Origin: a virus
Taxonomy: Duplodnaviria > Caudoviricetes
DNA length: 25,177 nucleotides
Virus record (IMG/VR): IMGVR_UViG_3300032253_000092
Location: 1-25,177 of that record
Reading direction: 5' to 3' (one strand)
Position numbers and translations under genes: made by a program. Under the pieces are notes generated by a model. It was not told the DNA's origin. It was given only the letters and a program-made list of their open reading frames with translations, and made no database searches. Each line of letters begins with the position of its first letter. Position 1 is the first letter of the stretch. This document shows positions 1 through 5,329 of the stretch, piece by piece.

Positions 1-2
1 TT

Positions 3-149
3 GAGTCAAGAATGAATGAATCGGCAGCAGGCGAAGAAGCAAAGGGATACACATTAGTCAAACGTAGAAAGTTTGGTAGAAATGATCCTTGTCCTTGTAA
101 TAGCGGATTAAAGTTTAAGAAATGCTGTATCAATAAAGTAAATCGGTAA
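3..149 (+). CDS. SEC-C zinc-binding motif protein (probably 5'-truncated; not in the ORF track)
   Basis: Frame from nt 3 reads [48 protein letters not shown]. This matches the SEC-C consensus [18 protein letters not shown]. Confidence 0.9.
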   Translation, partial: ESRMNESAAGEEAKGYTLVKRRKFGRNDPCPCNSGLKFKKCCINKVNR

Positions 150-192
150 TTAATTAACCCGCCCTTATGGGTGTATAATTGGAGAGAGGGTA

Positions 193-498
193 ATGGATAA
201 TTTATTAGATAAGATATTTCATAAAAAAGAACAAAGTAAGCGATCAACCACAACAGCGGTAACATCAGGCGAGATGTCGGCAGCTAGAGAATATGCTGAT
301 ACATTTATGGCAAATCTTGAGTTTATGGCGAGTGTGAATAAGCTTATTAATGGCCCAAAACCAGAAATTGATACTAGATATCATATTATCATTTCTATGC
401 CGATAGATACTGTTGGCATTGCTGAAATAAAAGTGGTGTTTGATAGGGAAAGCAAAAAGCCGATATACGCCGAAATAAAGGAGATCGACAAAGATTAA
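193..498 (+). CDS. Hypothetical phage protein (101 aa)
   Basis: Strong RBS GGAGAGAGGG before the ATG; co-oriented with neighbours. Confidence 0.7.
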   Translation: MDNLLDKIFHKKEQSKRSTTTAVTSGEMSAAREYADTFMANLEFMASVNKLINGPKPEIDTRYHIIISMPIDTVGIAEIKVVFDRESKKPIYAEIKEIDKD

Positions 499-504
499 GT
501 TCAT

Positions 505-561
505 GACAACCAGCTACCGCCTTTTAACAATGTGTAGCGCATTAAGTGGCTGGTTGTCGCC
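505..561 (+). ncRNA. Long hairpin RNA element, first of three structured elements
   Basis: GACAACCAGCTAC (505-517) pairs with GTGGCTGGTTGTC (546-558), 13 bp with one G-U. Inner hairpin AATGTG-TAG-CGCATT. Followed by GCC and no U-tract. Confidence 0.5.
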
Positions 562-567
562 TTATAT

Positions 568-799
568 GGTCAGGTGGCGGAATAGGTAGACGCTATTAAG
601 CAGTAGGCAGATGCTCTAACTCTAGACCTGTAGGAAATGACAGGTGGGGCGAGAGGCGAAACACTCGAAAGAAATAAACGCATAACAAAGAGACACGGTT
701 CGATTCCGTGGATAAATGGAAGTGATATTCCATGAATAAATGGTAAATGAGCTAGCAATTAGGTGTTATGCAGGGTGCAAATCCCTGCCCTGACCACCA
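568..799 (+). ncRNA. Giant tRNA-Leu-like RNA (232 nt) with expanded interior and encoded CCA
   Basis: Acceptor GGTCAGG (568-574)/CCTGACC (789-795) plus A-CCA (796-799). U8-G9, then Leu-type D arm GCG-GAATAGGTAGA-CGC (577-593). T arm GCAGGG-TGCAAAT-CCCTGC (770-788). About 175 nt lie between the D and T arms. Confidence 0.75.
703..743 (+). repeat. Imperfect direct repeat, 24-nt period
   Basis: ATTCCGTGGATAAATGG (703-719) versus ATTCCATGAATAAATGG (727-743), 15/17 identical. Confidence 0.75.
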
Positions 800-805
800 T
801 ATTAT

Positions 806-922
806 GGAATGAAGCTGACTGGTAACCAGAAAGCCCGAGACCGCACCCTGACTGATCGCAGTCACAGGCATAAAACTAGGAGCGGCACAAAGGATAACAG
901 TAGGTCGGTTTTCATTCCACCC
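806..922 (+). ncRNA. Multibranched structured RNA, third element of the cluster
   Basis: Closing stem GGAATGAA (806-813)/TTCATTCC (911-918) followed by ACCC. Inner hairpins CTGG-TAA-CCAG and TGACTG-ATCG-CAGTCA; possible CCGC/GCGG and CCGA/TCGG stems. Confidence 0.55.
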
Positions 923-946
923 TATTCACCTATTAGGAGAGAGTTA

Positions 947-1183
947 ATGAAATATAAATTATTTGGGATGAGCTGGGATTTAAAGCCTGTATTTATATTT
1001 ATCTGGCTTTGTATAATGATTGCATTATTTTGCGGATTTTTAGTTTATGCTTTTGAAGATAAGCCAATTGTAGCAATTGCATATTCTTTAGGCTGTTTTT
1101 TATGGGCATATATCAACCATACACTGGAAGCTAACGGTAAATTAAATGACCACCGCCCAGCAAATTATAGACCTAGCCGCTAA
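947..1183 (+). CDS. Small membrane protein (78 aa, two hydrophobic segments); start revised from 809 to 947
   Basis: RBS AGGAGAGAG directly before ATG 947 (MKYKLFG...). Hydrophobic stretches PVFIFIWLCIMIALFCGFLVYAF and IVAIAYSLGCFLWAYI. The upstream part of the listed ORF overlaps the structured RNA. Confidence 0.7.
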   Translation: MKYKLFGMSWDLKPVFIFIWLCIMIALFCGFLVYAFEDKPIVAIAYSLGCFLWAYINHTLEANGKLNDHRPANYRPSR

Positions 1184-1340
1184 TGGCGAGAGGCAGAGAG
1201 ATCATTTATTAAATTGCTTGGCTAGGCATATTAATAGCTTAAGTAGAACAAAGCAGGCTGAATTTGGTTTGTTGCTGAAAAAGCATCATGATAAATTGTT
1301 TATTGAGGATATAAAAAAACGAATGAAAGCCATGTCGTGA
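1146..1340 (+). CDS. Hypothetical protein (64 aa)
   Basis: Co-oriented ORF filling the gap before the HNH leader, with helical-looking composition. Confidence 0.65.
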   Translation: MTTAQQIIDLAANGERQRDHLLNCLARHINSLSRTKQAEFGLLLKKHHDKLFIEDIKKRMKAMS

Positions 1341-1346
1341 TATAAT
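1338..1346 (+). promoter_or_regulatory. Extended -10 sigma70-type promoter for the HNH gene
   Basis: TGA-TATAAT is a perfect TGnTATAAT overlapping the upstream stop codon, about 100 nt before the HNH ATG. Confidence 0.6.
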
Positions 1347-1356
1347 GTAATTTGCC

Positions 1357-1442
1357 GACTAGGTTTAGCGACCGAAAAGGGGAGGCACTGTAACTCCCCC
1401 TGTCACTTTTCATTAATTACAGCAACCATTACAGAGGTTGAT
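1357..1442 (+). promoter_or_regulatory. Structured 5' leader of the HNH gene (RBS-sequestering hairpin plus possible pseudoknot)
   Basis: Hairpins GGT-TTAGCG-ACC and GGGGAG-GCACTGTAA-CTCCCC. CAACC (1423-27)/GGTTG (1436-40) covers part of the GAGG RBS. Loop CTGTAA (1388-93) is complementary to TTACAG at 1417-22 and 1429-34. Confidence 0.6.
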
Positions 1443-1928
1443 ATGATTACTCAAGATCAATTAAAAAGAACACTGCATTACAGTCCTGAAACAGGCTTAT
1501 TTATTTGGCTAGTTTCTACCAACCGAAAAATAAGAATAGGCCATATTGCAGGTACATTAGAGCATGGTTATATTGGGATAAGAATTAATAAAGAAAAGTA
1601 TCTTGCGCATAGGCTTGCGTTTTTATATATGGAAGGCAGGTGGCCAGTACAAGTAGATCATAAAGATCATATTAGAAACAACAATAAGTGGGCAAATTTA
1701 AGAGAAGTTATTTCTAGTGAAAATTGCAAAAATCTATCATTTAGTAAATCAAATACATCCGGCGTAACGGGGGTTTATTGGACTAAAGGCTTCAATAAAT
1801 GGCTGGCTCAAATTACTTTGAATTATAAACAGATTTATTTAGGTAGATACGAAGACAAATTTGAGGCTATTTGTGCCAGAAAATCAGCAGAAAACACATA
1901 CAATTTCCACGAGAATCACGGAAAGTAA
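1443..1928 (+). CDS. HNH homing endonuclease with C-terminal AP2-like DNA-binding domain
   Basis: YLAHRLAFLY...VDHKDHIRNNNKWANLR HNH core. SNTSGVTGVYW...WLAQI...YLGRY..KFEAICARKSAE AP2-type tail. Confidence 0.93.
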   Translation: MITQDQLKRTLHYSPETGLFIWLVSTNRKIRIGHIAGTLEHGYIGIRINKEKYLAHRLAFLYMEGRWPVQVDHKDHIRNNNKWANLREVISSENCKNLSFSKSNTSGVTGVYWTKGFNKWLAQITLNYKQIYLGRYEDKFEAICARKSAENTYNFHENHGK

Positions 1929-1931
1929 ATA

Positions 1932-2396
1932 ATGCGAGCCGAAACCTACTACATCCTAACCGAAGATAAGAAAGGCGATGCTATTGAGCACATCGTGTCG
2001 CTTGAGGCTGGCAATAAATACAAGGTCACTATCTCCAATGCAGGGGATAAGACCAGTAAACAGCGCGGTTATCAATGGCGGCTCTATACTGACATATCAA
2101 AGTCTGGCTTAGGTGGTAAGCATGAAGAAACACCAAAGACAGTTGATAGGGCATGTAAACATCGCTTTGGGTTATCCATATTCATGCGTGACGATGATTT
2201 CTTTGCGGAGTTATACGAGATGTACAGAAAGGCGCACAACGATGACCCTGAGCATTTAAGGTGGTTTGCTGAAACTCAGGTGCATACAGAGAATTTTAAC
2301 ACTTCCCAAATGGCTGAATATTTAACCATGATAATTAACTACTACGCACCTAAAGGCTTTGAACTAACCGAACCTAGCCAGTATGGGCTTAAGTGA
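1932..2396 (+). CDS. ninB: NinB-family recombination protein
   Basis: KTSKQRGYQWRLYTDIS and TENFNTSQMAEYLTMIINYYAPKGFEL resemble NinB/YbcN N- and C-terminal motifs; sits next to ninG. Confidence 0.7.
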   Translation: MRAETYYILTEDKKGDAIEHIVSLEAGNKYKVTISNAGDKTSKQRGYQWRLYTDISKSGLGGKHEETPKTVDRACKHRFGLSIFMRDDDFFAELYEMYRKAHNDDPEHLRWFAETQVHTENFNTSQMAEYLTMIINYYAPKGFELTEPSQYGLK

Positions 2397-2403
2397 GGTA
2401 TTT

Positions 2404-2577
2404 ATGAGTGATGTTATTTTTTGGTACATAATTACAGGGGTTTGTATATTTGCGGTAACATTAAGCGCATATTTCGATGCGTGTGGAATTAAAACCAAGC
2501 CATTTAGATATCTGATTTACTGCGCTATCCTATGGCCTCACGTTATTTATTACATGTACAGCAATACTGAAACCTAA
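2404..2577 (+). CDS. Small two-TM membrane protein (57 aa); start revised to 2404
   Basis: GAGG RBS before ATG 2404; two hydrophobic segments. Confidence 0.6.
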   Translation: MSDVIFWYIITGVCIFAVTLSAYFDACGIKTKPFRYLIYCAILWPHVIYYMYSNTET

Positions 2578-2589
2578 ACGCCAGAAGAG

Positions 2590-3156
2590 ATGAAACAATC
2601 CGCCCTTAAGCCAGCAAGGAAGAAAGCCTGTAAGGTGTGCAAGGAGAAATTCACGCCCCCTAATACACTGACTCGAACCTGCAGTATTAAATGCGCCATT
2701 GCAGACGGTAAAGAAACGCAGAAGAAAGAATATAAGGCTATCACCAGAAAGGCGCGCAAGAAACTAAATGACAATGATCGGTCTTATTGGCTAGATAAAG
2801 CACAAACAGCCTGTAATGCGTATATCAGGGAGCGAGATAAGCATTTACCGTGTATATCTTGTGGCACTACAAATCCAAATATTCAGTATTGCGCCGGGCA
2901 CTTCAAAACCAGGGGCGGACATCCAGAATTAAGGTTTCATCCAATGAATATCCATAAACAATGTAATAAGTATTGCAATATGTCGCTCTCAGGCAACATA
3001 GCAGAGTACAGGCCGCGACTTATTGAGAAAATAGGGCTATCTGCCGTGGAGTGGCTGGAAGGTGCTCACAAACCTCAGAAACCATCTATTGAGGACTTGA
3101 GAGAGATTACTGAATACTACAAAGATTTAAGAAGGCTTCTCATTAGTAACGATTAA
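2590..3156 (+). CDS. ninG: NinG (Rap)-family recombination endonuclease
   Basis: N-terminal CxxC...CSxxC, then YIRERD..LPCISCG, AGHF, HPELRFHPMNIHKQC..CN, SGNIAEYRPRLIEKIG...VEWLE. Confidence 0.92.
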   Translation: MKQSALKPARKKACKVCKEKFTPPNTLTRTCSIKCAIADGKETQKKEYKAITRKARKKLNDNDRSYWLDKAQTACNAYIRERDKHLPCISCGTTNPNIQYCAGHFKTRGGHPELRFHPMNIHKQCNKYCNMSLSGNIAEYRPRLIEKIGLSAVEWLEGAHKPQKPSIEDLREITEYYKDLRRLLISND

Positions 3157-3231
3157 CTTCCCGCACCAGTTACAAGCGCAGCCTTTTTCGACATAGTGCC
3201 AACCTTCTTCTTTGCAGTTATGGAGTATCAT
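3127..3231 (-). CDS. Putative 34-aa Cys/His microprotein (not in the ORF track)
   Basis: MILHNCKEEGWHYVEKGCACNWCGKLIVTNEKPS*. ATG is 1 nt after the tailspike stop; HxC...CxxC pattern. Confidence 0.5.
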   Translation of the reverse strand: MILHNCKEEGWHYVEKGCACNWCGKLIVTNEKPS

Positions 3232-3232
3232 C

Positions 3233-5329
3233 TTAGGTTGCGTTGTCTGATCTTGAGATTTCACACCAAGTTCCTCCACCTAGACTTGTATCATATTCAA
3301 GAATAATTCTATCTTGCGCGGCTGTTAAGCTAAAATCACCAGAACAATCAATATTACCCGTGCCGTCTTTAACTATTACGGTTCTTGTGGAATCTGCCGC
3401 TCTCAATTGTAGCCTCATCCCATCAAGCCCGCCGTTAATTGTATCTAGGTCATCTGTTGCTGCGTCAGCTTCAGTATCAATAGTATGTCTTGACCCGATA
3501 ATTGTAACGACCCCTGTTGCAATTGTAACCTCGCCGCTTGATTTGATTATCTCCCTTGTATGGTCAAATTGATTATCAACAAAAACATTATCACTATGGA
3601 TTGTAGAGGCTTGCTTGTTGCCAATTCTTTGGACAGCTCTTTCTGCTGCAGCTGTTGCAAAATCTATTATTGGAACGCCGCTTCCGGCCGCCATTTCCTC
3701 AAAATCACAACCAATAACGCTCCCACCATCGTCTGTGTTCCAATCAATAATAGCGGTCGCCGTTGATCCTTTACCAAATGTTGTTCCCATGAATGACACA
3801 CGACCATTGTCGATGACACAGAATCGATCATGTGCTTCTAATAATTTTCCACCATTAACAAGTGTTCGATTAAGTCTTTCGCCGCTGCCTGTATCAGCGC
3901 CTTGAGTGTTGTTGTTGAAATTTATATCATTCCCCTGGGCCTCTGGGTTTATCAGTTCTGGATAGGCTGTATATGCGCCAATATCAAAACCTATTGACGT
4001 ACCAGAAGCGCCAATACCGCCAGAATCGGCCCGGCAATTAATAAGGTTAGGTGACTGAACAACATTCCCGGACGTTCCAAGCGTCCTAAATCCAACCTCA
4101 TGGCCAAACGAATAGCACGACGAATACAAAAAAGAATCTGCATTATTTTTCTGTAAATAAGCAACTCCACTACGGTAATTAACAGAGGTAGATAAGCCAA
4201 GCTCCGCAGTCAAATAAGGCCATGCGTGGCAATCAAAACCACGGCTCACATCTGAGCCCCCACCTAGTTCTATTCCGCTGACACAATCAAGCCTAATATT
4301 TGATAGCCTATGTCGATTCCCGCTATCATCAAAAGCTTTGTCAAAGCCCAGTATCATTAGGTTATCATATATTGTGCCTGTTCCTGATGCTGTTATTGCC
4401 GTGCCTGTAAATGCAGCAACCAAGGCATTTGCTTCAGAATCATTTGTTGGGACACTATATCCATTCAGGTGCGAAGCTAATATAGCCGCATTTACAATGC
4501 CTGACCCATGTCCGGCAGTGGTAATCGTTCCAGAAACCAATAAGATGCCGCCATAAAATGTGTCATAGGTAAAATTATTTCCCTCATCCTGATCAACTAT
4601 TAACATCTGACCGTTAATAACAACGTTATCAGGAAATGTTATATTTGTTACTTTATATCGTTTAGATGGATTGAGTAATACTTGACCGCCTAACGGAGAC
4701 TCAAAAGAATCTAAAGCGGATTGAATAGCCACTGTGTCGTCTGCGGATTTATCACCAACAGCCCCGTGCATTTCAGCCGTAACAAATAATGACGTACTTA
4801 ACCACGCCGTGCTACCGTCCCCGCCAGTAGGGATAAACTGTGATCCACAATAAGCACCACCATTATCCGAGTAAGTGCCAGCTGCCGCGCCTGTGACGGC
4901 TTTGAATAGACCGCCATCTGCTGATTCAATAACTAGCGATTTACCAGAAACAGGCGTTAATAATACTGCAGCTGTTTTGTTTGCAACAGTATAGCTACCA
5001 ACATCAACAGAAGCATTCTGATCAGTGTTTAAGTTGTCTGCTAACTGGATAGCATTGACGGTTAAATCTGCATCCGCTTCGGCTTCTGTTGGAAACAGCC
5101 ACAGATCATAGTCACCATTGATAAACGGGATAAACCGAGGGCCAACTGATGATGTTATTGGGAAGCCTTGCGTATCTAGCGGACATTTAACCAGTGTTGT
5201 TAATCCGCCAGAATCGGTCGCCATATTTAAAGGTGTTGTTGTGCCTTGTTCATAGGCTTTCATCCACCAGTTTTTATATAAAATACTGTCGTATTGCGGG
5301 ATAGTTAGCGCTATTGGTGCAAATGCCAT
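3233..5329 (-). CDS. Tailspike / receptor-binding protein with pectate-lyase-like beta-helix
   Basis: N-terminal virion-attachment region, FVTAEMHGAVGDKSADDTVAIQSALD beta-helix cap motif, Asn/Gly/Ile-rich helix rungs, C-terminal DDLDTINGG module. Last large gene of the virion operon. Confidence 0.88.
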   Translation of the reverse strand: MAFAPIALTIPQYDSILYKNWWMKAYEQGTTTPLNMATDSGGLTTLVKCPLDTQGFPITSSVGPRFIPFINGDYDLWLFPTEAEADADLTVNAIQLADNLNTDQNASVDVGSYTVANKTAAVLLTPVSGKSLVIESADGGLFKAVTGAAAGTYSDNGGAYCGSQFIPTGGDGSTAWLSTSLFVTAEMHGAVGDKSADDTVAIQSALDSFESPLGGQVLLNPSKRYKVTNITFPDNVVINGQMLIVDQDEGNNFTYDTFYGGILLVSGTITTAGHGSGIVNAAILASHLNGYSVPTNDSEANALVAAFTGTAITASGTGTIYDNLMILGFDKAFDDSGNRHRLSNIRLDCVSGIELGGGSDVSRGFDCHAWPYLTAELGLSTSVNYRSGVAYLQKNNADSFLYSSCYSFGHEVGFRTLGTSGNVVQSPNLINCRADSGGIGASGTSIGFDIGAYTAYPELINPEAQGNDINFNNNTQGADTGSGERLNRTLVNGGKLLEAHDRFCVIDNGRVSFMGTTFGKGSTATAIIDWNTDDGGSVIGCDFEEMAAGSGVPIIDFATAAAERAVQRIGNKQASTIHSDNVFVDNQFDHTREIIKSSGEVTIATGVVTIIGSRHTIDTEADAATDDLDTINGGLDGMRLQLRAADSTRTVIVKDGTGNIDCSGDFSLTAAQDRIILEYDTSLGGGTWCEISRSDNAT

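Noticed and set aside
151-181. Promoter at TATAAT 174-179, or terminator at hairpin CGCCC-TTAT-GGGTG
   Set aside because: No -35 or TGn extension, the -10 is too close to the RBS, and no U-tract follows the hairpin.
594-769. Group I intron in a tRNA-Leu
   Set aside because: AGAGACAC and AAGTGATATTCC loosely resemble the R/S elements but cannot form P7. The insert is shorter than typical minimal group I introns, and no anticodon-loop splice junction can be reconstructed.
568-799. Canonical tmRNA (ssrA) or an attP tRNA fragment
   Set aside because: No GGGGC start or G3-U70 pair, a real D stem is present, and there is no Ala-ending tag. Both complementary tRNA ends are present and no integrase is nearby, unlike an att remnant.
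800-930. tRNA-associated theta/HDV or hammerhead ribozyme
   Set aside because: No nested double-pseudoknot order after the CCA, and no CUGANGA...GAAA core with proper stems.
809-946. N-terminal 46 aa of the listed 124-aa ORF
   Set aside because: No good RBS at 809, a strong RBS at 936-943, and the region is better explained as structured RNA.
265-2774. Minus-strand ORFs 265-504, 570-758 and 2574-2774
   Set aside because: Antisense to better-supported genes or RNAs; 570-758 is kept only as a weak caveat in the repeat finding.
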